From: Acidiferrobacterales bacterium
GTDB taxonomy: Bacteria; Pseudomonadota; Gammaproteobacteria; Arenicellales; Poriferihabitantaceae
NCBI GenBank assembly: GCA_019633985.1
Contig: JAHQWE010000005.1
Coordinates: 11,331 to 75,330 of the forward strand
Direction of reading: 5' to 3'
Length of the DNA stretch: 64,000 bases
The notes beneath the pieces were generated by a model, which was not told the DNA's origin, did not search any database, and saw only the letters and a list, made by a program, of their open reading frames with translations. Position 1 is the stretch's first letter; each line of letters opens with the position of its first letter. A program made the position numbers and the translations under genes. Positions 40,879-50,791 of this stretch are shown here, in pieces.

Positions 40879-42135
40879 ATGGACCATTTTGAATATCAGG
40901 CTGGCGAATTGTACGCTGAAGCCGTTTCTCTCAGCGAAATAGCCGCGGAAGTCGCAACACCTTGTTATGTTTATTCCCGTGCTACCCTGGAGCGCCATTG
41001 GCGTGCTTTTGATAGTGCGATTGGGGAATACCCCCATCTGGTTTGCTATGCGGTAAAAGCAAATAGCAATCTGGCGGTAATCAATGTCCTTGCCAAGCTT
41101 GGTTCGGGCTTTGATATCGTCTCTGGCGGTGAGCTGAAGCGGGTGATTGAAGGCGGTGGAGATCCCGCCAAGACGGTGTTTTCCGGCGTTTGCAAACAGA
41201 GATGGGAAATGCGGGATGCCTTGGAGGCTGGGGTCAGATGTTTCAATTTAGAGTCAGAGGGCGAGCTTGAAACCCTCAGTGCTGTTGCAGCGGAGCTTGG
41301 AAAAATTGCACCAGTGTCCGTCCGGATTAACCCCGACGTAGACGCCCAGACACACCCGTACATTTCTACCGGGTTACACAATAACAAATTTGGGTTACCG
41401 GTCAGCAAAGCGTTACCGGTGTATAGACAAGCACAGCAAGATCCGAACATCCTGGTAAGCGGTGTTGCCTGTCATATCGGGTCGCAATTGACAGAACTCG
41501 GTCCCTACAACGAGGCGTTGGGCAAGGTGCTCGACTTTATCGAACAGCTTGCCGGGTAAGGGATACCCATCCAGCACATTGATTTTGGTGGCGGTCTCGG
41601 AATTCGCTATCACGACGAAACACCGCCAAGTCCTGCAGACTACTGGAACATTCTTCACAGCCAGTTAAAAGCAAGAGAAATCACAATGCCGATCACGATC
41701 GAACCCGGTAGAGCGATTGTTGGCAACGCAGGTGTATTATTAACCGAGGTGAATTTTCTCAAATCCACTGAGAGCACCCATTTTTGCATCGTCGATGCGG
41801 GAATGAACGATCTTATTCGTCCGGCGTTGTACGGCGCGTATCAGGAAATAGTTCAGGTAAAGCAAATCAGTGAACTCCCTTCCAAAAGTTATAACGTTGT
41901 TGGGCCAATCTGCGAGAGCGGTGACTTTTTAGGGAAGAGCCGGACACTGTCGGTACAGAGTGGTGACCTCCTGGCAGTGCGATCAGCGGGTGCTTATAGT
42001 GCAGTCATGTCATCCAACTACAACGCACGACCTCGCCCTGCAGAGGTAATGGTTGACGGAGAGGAGTTCTATATCGTGAAGGAGCGTGAGACCTTAGAGA
42101 AGTTATATGAGGGAGAAAAGGTTTTACCTTCATAA
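40879..42135 (+). pseudogene. lysA: Diaminopimelate decarboxylase interrupted by an in-frame TAA
   Basis: YAVKAN and HIGSQ, then AG*GIPIQHIDFGGGLG, EPGR, GPICESGD in the same frame. Stop at 41557-41559. Confidence 0.88.
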
Positions 42136-42322
42136 GTTTTTAGATCTGGTTAGCAGTGGTTGAATTATTTCTCGTTTAATCATTCTTTTTATCGGCGAGG
42201 GTAACAGACAAGTTTTGAACGCTTGGCTGCTTTATCGGGTTGGAAACTGGTGCGACTTTAAACTATCCCTTTTCTTGTCGGCTTCTATTCCAAAAGTAGG
42301 TCAGTAAGACAACCCACCTTAT

Positions 42323-43216
42323 CTACTTATTCCTAACGCCATTCGGCACATGTCCCGTAGGTACAAATTGTCGAGCTGAATCACAATGACCACTTTGATC
42401 ATCGAAAAAGATATCGGCATCGAAAGTCTGAAGGAACCGCCCTTTATCCATACCGCCAAGGAAGTAGCTTTCGTCGATACGAATGTCCCATGCCCGCAAA
42501 GTACGTATGACGCGCTCGTGGGCAGGTGCAGAACGCGCGGTAATTAGCGCGGTTCTGACCGGTGAGGAATCGGAGCCAAAATGTTGCTGGATATCATGCA
42601 AGGCGGAGAGCACTGGTTTGAATGGACCGCCAGGTAAGGGGTCATTAGCGGCTTGTTTTTCCGTAGCAGAAAAGACCTCCAGGCCATGGTTTTGATATAT
42701 TTGTTCGGCGACATCTGAAAACAGAACGGCGTCGCCATCAAAAGCAATTTTCAATTTGTCGTGATTAGCACGATCATTTCTCGATGGCAAAATGGTAGCG
42801 GCGGCGATACCCGATTGCAGAGCTTGACGCACATCTTCCGGGTCTGCTGATAAGAACAATGTAGCACCAAAAGGAGAAACGTAACGGTAGGGAGACTCAC
42901 CTCCCGTAAACGCAGCTCGGCTAATGCCGAGGTCATAGTGCTCTATCGAATTGAATACCCTGAGACCGGTGTCGGCACTGTTGCGCGAAATTAAAACAAT
43001 CTCAACCATTTGTTCTGCCGATTGATTCAGCGCGAGAAATTTTTTCACCATGGAAAACGCGACACCAGGTGCAAGAGGTTCGTTTTCATGGGCTATTTGA
43101 TAATGACAATAGGCCTCAATGCCTTGCTCGACAAACACTTGATGACTTTCTTCCAGATCAAACAAAGCGCGAGATGAAATCGCGATGACCAGTTTGGTGT
43201 TTTTCAGTTTATTCAT
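42323..43216 (-). CDS. 5'-nucleotidase (PF06189-type)
   Basis: AISSRALF, IAFDGDAVLF, TARSAP, FFDDQ. Confidence 0.92.
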   Translation of the reverse strand: MNKLKNTKLVIAISSRALFDLEESHQVFVEQGIEAYCHYQIAHENEPLAPGVAFSMVKKFLALNQSAEQMVEIVLISRNSADTGLRVFNSIEHYDLGISRAAFTGGESPYRYVSPFGATLFLSADPEDVRQALQSGIAAATILPSRNDRANHDKLKIAFDGDAVLFSDVAEQIYQNHGLEVFSATEKQAANDPLPGGPFKPVLSALHDIQQHFGSDSSPVRTALITARSAPAHERVIRTLRAWDIRIDESYFLGGMDKGRFLQTFDADIFFDDQSGHCDSARQFVPTGHVPNGVRNK

Positions 43217-43229
43217 CGAGTTGGTGTCG

Positions 43230-44084
43230 CTATTGCTTGCGAAGAGAAGCAATCACACTGCTGGTATCGGGTAGAACGGATTGCCAGACTCTGAACGCCT
43301 CGGCGGCTTGTTCGACTAGCATGCCTAAACCATCAACGGCCATTGCTGCACCCTGATCAAGAGCCCATTTCATAAATGGTGTAGGTTCAGTGGCGTACAT
43401 CATGTCGTAGATCATGGACTCTGCGTGTATGTTCTCAGCCAGGATTCCGGGAAGCTGGCCGCTCAAGCTGGATGCGGTGGCATTGATGATCAAATCAAAC
43501 GCTGATGCATCACTTTCCAGACTACCACCAGTGATGGTGCCCATCGATTGAAAGTTTGCTGCAAGCTGACTGGCTTTTTGAGGCGTACGGTTGACGATAT
43601 GTAGTTTCGATGGTGATGATTGCAGTAGTGGCCCGATTGCGCCTCGAGAAGCGCCTCCGGCACCAATTAACAAAATGCTTTTATCTGAGATCTGGAAGCG
43701 AATATTGTTTTCGATATCTCTGACCAAACCAATGCCATCAGTATTGTCACCAGACACAGATCCATCGTGATGGAATTGGAGGGTGTTCACTGACTCGGCC
43801 ATTGCTGCTCTTTCTGACAATTTGTTTCCGTTACGTTGGCACATTTGCCAGGCTTCTACTTTGAACGGCACAGTAACGTTCAATCCGGCGCCGCCATGGG
43901 CTGCAAAGTGACTGACTGCCTGGTCAAAACCTCCGATATCTACTTGGATCAGGTCGTATTCGATCTCTTTGCTACACTGCAAGGCAAACGACTTGTGGAT
44001 GACCGGCGATTTGCTATGGGAAACCGGATTCCCCATCAGTGCGAAGTTTTTCTTGGGCGCTTTAAAATCAAACAGATCGGTCAT
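43230..44084 (-). CDS. aroE: Shikimate dehydrogenase
   Basis: GNPVSHSKSP.IH, NVTVPFK, NTDG.G, GAGGA, DGLGMLVEQA. Confidence 0.95.
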   Translation of the reverse strand: MTDLFDFKAPKKNFALMGNPVSHSKSPVIHKSFALQCSKEIEYDLIQVDIGGFDQAVSHFAAHGGAGLNVTVPFKVEAWQMCQRNGNKLSERAAMAESVNTLQFHHDGSVSGDNTDGIGLVRDIENNIRFQISDKSILLIGAGGASRGAIGPLLQSSPSKLHIVNRTPQKASQLAANFQSMGTITGGSLESDASAFDLIINATASSLSGQLPGILAENIHAESMIYDMMYATEPTPFMKWALDQGAAMAVDGLGMLVEQAAEAFRVWQSVLPDTSSVIASLRKQ

Positions 44085-44739
44085 CGGTTTTACCTGATGT
44101 GGGCTCGCTGATATTTTCGGAGAGTAGAAAGATGGGGTTGTTTGTATAAATTGAAATCGTACCGCTGCCGATATTACTGAGCCCAAAAGAAGACAGAGGT
44201 AATACATTCTGTGCAGGAGTGATGGCATATTTGCAGTTGCCCTTCATTTCTACTTTCGCGGTTTCTACCGCCATTAAGCTAAATAGGCCGTGCAATTCAA
44301 ACAGCCAGTGTCCCGCACTGACGGCAACCACTTCAGAATCAAATCGAACAAATTTTGGGATATTACCTTTCCCTAAAAATTGAGAGACCTCCCCGAAATT
44401 AAAGAGCTCATGGTCTCTCCTCCCACCCAAAAATCCCTCAAGCACCACTTCAATAGCAGTCTTTGGCAGCAGACCGAGCGCAAATGACAGATCCGAGAAA
44501 TCTTTTTCAGGATTCAAAGTGATATCCATGGCAATGTGAGATGAGTCTCCGTCGCCGACGGTCACCCCTTTCAGGCCTTCACGTGCGATTGACCCGCCAT
44601 CGACAAAGATGACGGGATCATCAAAGACTTTGTTGCTAGATACCAAAGGGCCAACCAAAGTGAATCGAGATTGTTCCTGAAATTTTTGGAAGTATTCCGA
44701 ATGCCGCTTCGAATCTTCAGTTTGGGTGTGAGAGCTCAT
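44068..44739 (-). CDS. Divergent thiamine pyrophosphokinase-like protein
   Basis: VDGG, GDGDS, EKDFSD, GGRRDH, GLSN appear in the same order as ThiN motifs. Confidence 0.7.
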   Translation of the reverse strand: MSSHTQTEDSKRHSEYFQKFQEQSRFTLVGPLVSSNKVFDDPVIFVDGGSIAREGLKGVTVGDGDSSHIAMDITLNPEKDFSDLSFALGLLPKTAIEVVLEGFLGGRRDHELFNFGEVSQFLGKGNIPKFVRFDSEVVAVSAGHWLFELHGLFSLMAVETAKVEMKGNCKYAITPAQNVLPLSSFGLSNIGSGTISIYTNNPIFLLSENISEPTSGKTDDRSV

Positions 44740-44862
44740 TTCCGAATCGTTTTGTTTAGGAAGTACTTTTGTAAAAGTTTGTAAAGTCAGCTTTTTCGCT
44801 CCATGCGAAACCTTATAATGATGTCCGTACACTAACAACACCAGTCTTTCATTTTTTCGCGC

Positions 44863-46107
44863 ATGAAGCGTTTCCTTAAGTTCCTTTTACCACTCCTGAT
44901 ACTCGCAGCGGGGATTGGTGGATATCTCTATCTGAAGCAAACCAAACCTGAGATTGAGTCTGTCGCCTCGAAAGCGACTCTGCCTGTTGTCGCCGCCCAG
45001 CGTATTGCCAAGTCAGCGATTGCTCCGGGATTGACTCTATTTGGCCAAATAGAAGCACCCAGAAACACCGTGTTAACCGCCGGAATAGCAGCCGATGTAC
45101 TCGCCGTAAACGTTTTGGAGGGGGACATAGCGGTCAAAGACCAGCCTCTGGTCCTCCTGGATCAAGCAGATATCAACCTAGACATTTTGCAGAGACAAGC
45201 AGAAGTAGTGGAAATTGAGGCCCAGTTGGAAAGTGATCGAAGCCGGTTTGAAGCGGATAAGGAAGCGCTTAAACGAGAGAAGCAGCTGGTTGCTCTCAGC
45301 AATAAAGCCGTTGAGCGAGCCAGCACTCTGGCCCGTAGCAGCGCAGGCACCGAAGCGACGCTGGATGATGCCTTGCAACAGGTACAGCAACTTTTACTTG
45401 CAGTGACCCAGCGAGAGTTGGCAATCGCCGATTTTGAGTCGAGGCAAAAACTTTGGCGGGCTAGACTGGAGAAAGCGAAAGCGGTATTGGCTCGTTCGAA
45501 ACGTGACCTTGAACGCACAGCAGTAAGGGCACCCTTCGATGGCAGAGTGATTGACGTCATGGTTTCTCCAGGAGATCGAGCTGGATCCACGACCCAGTTG
45601 GTCAGGATATATGACGATACGGCGCTGGAAATTCGTGCTCAGGTACCGAGCAGGTATGTGCCGGTGCTGAGGAATGCCATCGCGGACAAACAATCTGTCA
45701 AGGCAGTCATGATTGACAACGCGAGAGAGATACCGCTCACTCTGGTTCGCCTGGCTGCAAGCGTTGTTCAAGGGCAGGGGGGGGTTGATGCGTTTTTTCG
45801 CGCGGCGCCAGGATCGCTTCCTGCACTGGGAAAAACGGTAGAACTCCAACTTGAGTTACCAGCAATAGCGAACGCGGTGGCTTTGTCACCCGAAGCTTTA
45901 TATGGCTCAAATTTAGTCTATAGAATTATTGATGGTGCACTGAAAGCACAATCTGTAGAGAGATTGGGACAAACGCTTGGCGGGCCGAACGGGGGGCGAA
46001 TGCTGGTTCGCGGTGATGTTTTCGATACAGGTGATCTGGTGTTGGACTCTCGTTTGCCACAGGCCATTGATGGATTGCGCGTAACCATAGAAGGGGAACC
46101 AGAGTAA
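44863..46107 (+). CDS. RND efflux periplasmic adaptor (MFP)
   Basis: N-terminal anchor, long coiled coil, VRAPFDG lipoyl half-motif. Confidence 0.9.
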   Translation: MKRFLKFLLPLLILAAGIGGYLYLKQTKPEIESVASKATLPVVAAQRIAKSAIAPGLTLFGQIEAPRNTVLTAGIAADVLAVNVLEGDIAVKDQPLVLLDQADINLDILQRQAEVVEIEAQLESDRSRFEADKEALKREKQLVALSNKAVERASTLARSSAGTEATLDDALQQVQQLLLAVTQRELAIADFESRQKLWRARLEKAKAVLARSKRDLERTAVRAPFDGRVIDVMVSPGDRAGSTTQLVRIYDDTALEIRAQVPSRYVPVLRNAIADKQSVKAVMIDNAREIPLTLVRLAASVVQGQGGVDAFFRAAPGSLPALGKTVELQLELPAIANAVALSPEALYGSNLVYRIIDGALKAQSVERLGQTLGGPNGGRMLVRGDVFDTGDLVLDSRLPQAIDGLRVTIEGEPE

Positions 46108-49100
46108 TGGCTGTCAGAGGGGCAGCGTCATCGATGCCGGGCCTGGACGCTCGCGGTGGTCTGATCGGTATCTTTTCCAATCATCCGGTTGCCGCAAATC
46201 TTCTGATGGTGATGATGTTGCTCGCAGGTTTCTGGGGAGTGAGGCAGCTTAACACCCAGTTTTTTCCGACATTTGCCATCGACTATGCCAGCGTGAGGGT
46301 AGTGTGGAGTGGGGCAAGTGCAGAAGATGTAGAGGAACTTATTACGACTTCGCTCGAACAGTCTTTGAGGGAGGTGGATTTCGTCAAACAGATTACATCG
46401 ACCTCATCGGAAGGTGTGGCATCAGTGTCTCTTGAGTTTCTTGAAGGCACAGACATGGCGAAGGCGGTTGATCAGGTTAAACAACAGGTCGATCAGGTTC
46501 AAAACCTGCCCGCTGACGCTGAAGAGCCGGTGGTTAGTCAGGTCATTCGCTATGAGACAGTGGCGCGGTTGATGATTACCGGGGGTCAGAACGTTGCAGA
46601 ATTAAGACCCCTGGTAAATCGATTCGAGGCGGAGCTGTTGAATCGTGGCATTGCCAAGATTTTTATACGCGGACTCCCTGATGAGCAAATAGCGATTGAG
46701 GTACCGGCGCGCAATTTGCGCGAATTAGGCCTGTCGCTGGACGATGTGGGGCAGCGAGTTGCAGCCTGGTCGAGGGACGTACCGGTCGGCATTATCGGAA
46801 GAGGAGAAATATCACGCCAGCTAAGATTCAGTGAACGGCGGGAGAGCGAGTTAGAGTTCGAGAGTATTCCTGTTGTTGCCGAGCAAAACGGCCGAAGGGT
46901 GGCGCTGGGCGACGTTGCCGAAATTACCCGCAAGCCCCGAGATGGACAGGTATCCATCACTTTTAAAGGTCAGCCTGCGGTAGAACTCAGACTTAGCCGC
47001 ACCGAAAACAGCGATAGTCTGGAAGCTGCCAACATTTTGCACACCTGGCTCGAAGATACTCGACCGACGTTACCTCCGGGTGTGGAAGTGGTCACCTACA
47101 ACGAGCGCTGGAAGGCACTACAGGGGCGAATCGGGTTGTTGGTTAAAAACGGTGTTGGTGGCCTGGCGCTGGTGCTCATCATTCTATTTCTATTTATGAA
47201 TGGCCGAGTGGCATTTTGGGTTGCGGTAGGTATTCCTGTTTCCTTTATGGCATCTCTTGCCGTTCTTTATGCAGTGGGTGGTTCGATCAATATGCTCAGC
47301 CTATTCGGATTAATAATGGCCCTGGGTATTATTGTTGACGATGCCATCGTGGTCGGTGAAGAGGCCATGAGTCAATATCAGCAGGGACAAAATCGTGCAC
47401 AGGCTGCAGAGAATGCTGCGCGAAGAATGTTAGGGCCGGTATTTTCTTCGTCTCTTACTAGTATCGCTGCGTTTATGCCGTTACTTTTGGTCGGAGGGAT
47501 TATTGGTTCAATCATGCAAGCCATACCGGTGGTGGTAATTTGTGTCATTATCGCGTCGCTGGTGGAGTGTTTTTTAATCATGCCAGGTCATCTTACACAC
47601 TCGTTCCGAAAGCTGGGAAACCGACCAGACACTAGAATTCGTAAACGGTTAAATGCCGCATTTGATCGTTTTAGGGACTTGCGGTTTCGACCATTCGTGA
47701 GCGCGGCGGTGGATCATCGCTGGACTACGCTCTCTGTTGCGATTGCCTTGCTCACAGTGACAGTTGGTTGGTCTGCGTCTGGCAGAATCGGCTTTCAGTT
47801 TTTTCCCACAGCAGAAGCAGATCGCATTTTTGCAAATGTTGGTTTCGTTTCAGGAACACCCTCAAGGGTTGTACAGAAGTATCTGGATGAAATGGAGTCC
47901 GCATTGAGAGAGACCGAAGAAGAGCTGGGCTCTGAGTTTGTCTCTCTGGTGGTAAGCCGTCATGGAGAGCTGGATGGCGCAAGTGGTCGCGGAGATCACT
48001 TTGGCAGCGTCCGCGCCGAGCTTGTCGACCCTGACAGGCGAGAGGTACGCAATCGCGACATTATTAAAGCATGGAGAGACCGATTACCGCCTATCCCAGG
48101 ACGTGAGTTTATGAGTATCGTAGAACCACGCGCTGGACCACCCGGCAGCGATCTGGATATACGCATTGTTGGTGGCAGTATTCAGCAGGTCAAGGCAGTA
48201 GCCGAAGAAATTACCGGCACACTCAGGCAAATCCCAGGTGTTTCTGGTATCGGCGATGACGCGCCGTATGGCCGGGAACAAATGGTATTGAAGCTCACCC
48301 CGGTGGCGGAAGCTCTGGGATTAAGTATTGATTCGATTTCGAGACAGCTTCGAGCGGCGTATGACGGGGTGAAAATTCAGGAGCTCTCAGATGGCTTCGA
48401 TGATATCGAGGTTCGCTTAATGCTCCCAGAAAGCGAGCGGGATTCGGTTGCCAGTTTGTCAGAACTTGATATCGTGTTGCCGAATGGCAATCTAGAGCCA
48501 ATCGGAAATCTGGCAACCGTCGAATTGTCCCGCGGTTTCGAAACCATCAGGCATTCGGATGGCAGATTAGCAGTGACAGTCACCGGGAGCGTTGATCCAA
48601 CGGTGGGGAATGCCAATCAGATTCGCAAAGACCTTGAGGCTGAGTTATTGCCTTCCCTTGCCAATCAGTACGGCGTGACTTTTGGGTTTGGTGGGCGCCA
48701 GCAGGACCAAAAAGAGACGTTAAGTGATATGAAAGTGGGTCTGGTTCTAGCCTTGAGCATGATCTACCTGGTTCTTTCCTGGGTATTCGGTTCCTACGGC
48801 TGGCCGCTCATTGTGATGTTTATCATTCCTTTTGGCGCTGTCGGCGCTATTTGGGGGCACGTTGCGATGGGAATCGACCTTACCGTCCTGTCTCTTTTCG
48901 GCTTGTTTGGGTTGTCAGGGATTGTAGTGAACGACTCCATTATTCTTGTGGTGTTTTATCGAGATTTGCGCATAAAAGGTATGCGAGCGCGAGACGCTGT
49001 GATCGAGGCAGCTTGCCAGAGACTACGCGCCGTACTGCTAACTTCCCTTACGACAGTGGCAGGTCTGACCCCATTGCTGTTTGAGACATCACTGCAGGCC

Positions 49101-49250
49101 CAGTTTCTCATTCCGATGGCGACCAGTCTGGCGTTTGGGCTCGCATTCGCGACTCTCTTAGTGCTATTTTTGGTGCCTTCTCTGCTGCTCATTTACGAGA
49201 ATGCAGCAAATCGCTTGAAACCCAAGGAGCCAATTGCGGTAACGATCTAA
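46107..49250 (+). CDS. RND efflux permease (AcrB/D/F family)
   Basis: 1047 aa with GIIVDDAIVV, GIVVNDSI, RLRAVLLTSLTT. Confidence 0.95.
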   Translation: MAVRGAASSMPGLDARGGLIGIFSNHPVAANLLMVMMLLAGFWGVRQLNTQFFPTFAIDYASVRVVWSGASAEDVEELITTSLEQSLREVDFVKQITSTSSEGVASVSLEFLEGTDMAKAVDQVKQQVDQVQNLPADAEEPVVSQVIRYETVARLMITGGQNVAELRPLVNRFEAELLNRGIAKIFIRGLPDEQIAIEVPARNLRELGLSLDDVGQRVAAWSRDVPVGIIGRGEISRQLRFSERRESELEFESIPVVAEQNGRRVALGDVAEITRKPRDGQVSITFKGQPAVELRLSRTENSDSLEAANILHTWLEDTRPTLPPGVEVVTYNERWKALQGRIGLLVKNGVGGLALVLIILFLFMNGRVAFWVAVGIPVSFMASLAVLYAVGGSINMLSLFGLIMALGIIVDDAIVVGEEAMSQYQQGQNRAQAAENAARRMLGPVFSSSLTSIAAFMPLLLVGGIIGSIMQAIPVVVICVIIASLVECFLIMPGHLTHSFRKLGNRPDTRIRKRLNAAFDRFRDLRFRPFVSAAVDHRWTTLSVAIALLTVTVGWSASGRIGFQFFPTAEADRIFANVGFVSGTPSRVVQKYLDEMESALRETEEELGSEFVSLVVSRHGELDGASGRGDHFGSVRAELVDPDRREVRNRDIIKAWRDRLPPIPGREFMSIVEPRAGPPGSDLDIRIVGGSIQQVKAVAEEITGTLRQIPGVSGIGDDAPYGREQMVLKLTPVAEALGLSIDSISRQLRAAYDGVKIQELSDGFDDIEVRLMLPESERDSVASLSELDIVLPNGNLEPIGNLATVELSRGFETIRHSDGRLAVTVTGSVDPTVGNANQIRKDLEAELLPSLANQYGVTFGFGGRQQDQKETLSDMKVGLVLALSMIYLVLSWVFGSYGWPLIVMFIIPFGAVGAIWGHVAMGIDLTVLSLFGLFGLSGIVVNDSIILVVFYRDLRIKGMRARDAVIEAACQRLRAVLLTSLTTVAGLTPLLFETSLQAQFLIPMATSLAFGLAFATLLVLFLVPSLLLIYENAANRLKPKEPIAVTI

Positions 49251-49333
49251 AAGCAGCGATCTTCATGCAGACGACAGAATATCCGTCTACAATTGTGTTC
49301 AATCAATACGTGAATACAGGAGGATCCTGAAAA

Positions 49334-50776
49334 ATGATAATAGAGATACCACGCCCTGGTAAAAGGGGGGGGAATAGTTTGACTTCGTGCAAGAGCATGC
49401 TGAAATTGGCGGCCGTTAGTCTTGCCTCTTGCGGCTTGTTGAGCTCACCTGCTCTGGCGATTGAATCCTTCACTGATTCCATTTCTCCCACCGGTTACCT
49501 CGCATTTGATAGCAAGAGTCAGGCTCATACAGGTGGATTATGGTACCAGCTGGAAGAAAGCGATTCCCGGGACTGGTTAACGCGATATACCGAACCTGGC
49601 GAGACTCTGGTGCGATCGACCTTGTCGCTGGACCAGCAGTTCACCAACCACCGGTTGCATTTTGGGCGGGCGGAAGCCAGTGACCAACAGTTCAATCAAT
49701 TTGGCGTTTCCTTGGGTAAAACCACAGTGCTCGGGTTTAGTGGTGAAGGCAACACCACCAGCAGTATTGCGCACAGATACAATCACGTTGATCCGTTTCA
49801 TTTTCACGGTGGCTTGCGTCAAAACTATCGCTACGATGGTGCACACTTCGCCTATCAGTTGAATGCCAACAATCAAATTGGGTTTACCCAGACCGTGATC
49901 ACCGCTCCTGACTTATTTGATCGCACCGTAACCGGATTTGATTGGCAGGGCCGAAGAGCCAGCATGTCGCTGATGCAAGTTTCGGTAGGTGATGAGGATG
50001 CAGGTGTCGCCGCCAGTGGAGTCATGCGGTTTGGCCGCTTGAACGTTGCCGCGGACTACCTGCGAGCCGAAAATGATGCAACGTTTGCCAGTCTGGCGTT
50101 TCAAACTTACTCTCAAGATGGCAAGCGCTTTGGGCTACGTGCAGAGCAACGTCGAAATCCGCTTTTTTCAGACGCCAACGAAAATCGGGTAACTTTTAGT
50201 TTGGCTTTTGATATTCAGTCTGTGCCGCGTTTTAACGCTGAGGAAACAGAAACAACTGAAGACGAAACAGTTCAAAAAGGAAAAGGCGCAGGTCTATTAA
50301 TTGGAGCTGGCGTAGTTGGAGCTGGTGTGGCAATCAGTTCAGGTGGAGGTGGCGGATCCGATGGCCGAGCGCGATTTAGCACGCAACAAGAATCCGCTTT
50401 TAACGTGCTGAATAGCATTAACCCTACTTCGGTTCGGCAAAATAGAGAGCATGGCGGATACGTTTATCGCAATGCCGATGGAAGCTTTTCTTCAACCGTA
50501 CCGATTCAGGGCGAATTAGCCAGCGTGTCGTTACCCGCCCCGCAGTCTGTTGCGCCTCCAGGAGGCCAAACCACGGCAAGCTATCATACTCACGGGGGGT
50601 TTGATCCACGATTTGATAACGAAAACTTCTCTCCTCAGGATATTATTTCTGACATTGTATTTGGTCTAGATGGTTATCTTGGCACACCGGCGGGTCAGTT
50701 TAAGTATCACAACCTTCGCGCCAACACGATAGTAACTCTAGGCGGCCCCGGAACCCTGGCGACGGGATCACTCTAA
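49334..50776 (+). CDS. Secreted beta-rich protein with C-terminal DUF4329 (JAB-like) domain
   Basis: Signal peptide (PALA-I), amphipathic strands, Gly-rich hydrophobic helix, then NREHGG...YHTHG...FSPQD...DGYLGTPAG. GGAGG RBS upstream. Confidence 0.75.
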   Translation: MIIEIPRPGKRGGNSLTSCKSMLKLAAVSLASCGLLSSPALAIESFTDSISPTGYLAFDSKSQAHTGGLWYQLEESDSRDWLTRYTEPGETLVRSTLSLDQQFTNHRLHFGRAEASDQQFNQFGVSLGKTTVLGFSGEGNTTSSIAHRYNHVDPFHFHGGLRQNYRYDGAHFAYQLNANNQIGFTQTVITAPDLFDRTVTGFDWQGRRASMSLMQVSVGDEDAGVAASGVMRFGRLNVAADYLRAENDATFASLAFQTYSQDGKRFGLRAEQRRNPLFSDANENRVTFSLAFDIQSVPRFNAEETETTEDETVQKGKGAGLLIGAGVVGAGVAISSGGGGGSDGRARFSTQQESAFNVLNSINPTSVRQNREHGGYVYRNADGSFSSTVPIQGELASVSLPAPQSVAPPGGQTTASYHTHGGFDPRFDNENFSPQDIISDIVFGLDGYLGTPAGQFKYHNLRANTIVTLGGPGTLATGSL

Positions 50777-50791
50777 GTCGGGTTTGGGGTA

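Noticed and set aside
41557-41559. Programmed stop-codon recoding in lysA
   Set aside because: The codon is TAA, not TGA or TAG, and TAA terminates many other genes in the window.
44863-49250. RND pair as the exporter of the downstream DUF4329 protein
   Set aside because: The downstream protein has its own Sec signal and RBS, and AcrB-type pumps export small molecules. Adjacency alone is insufficient.
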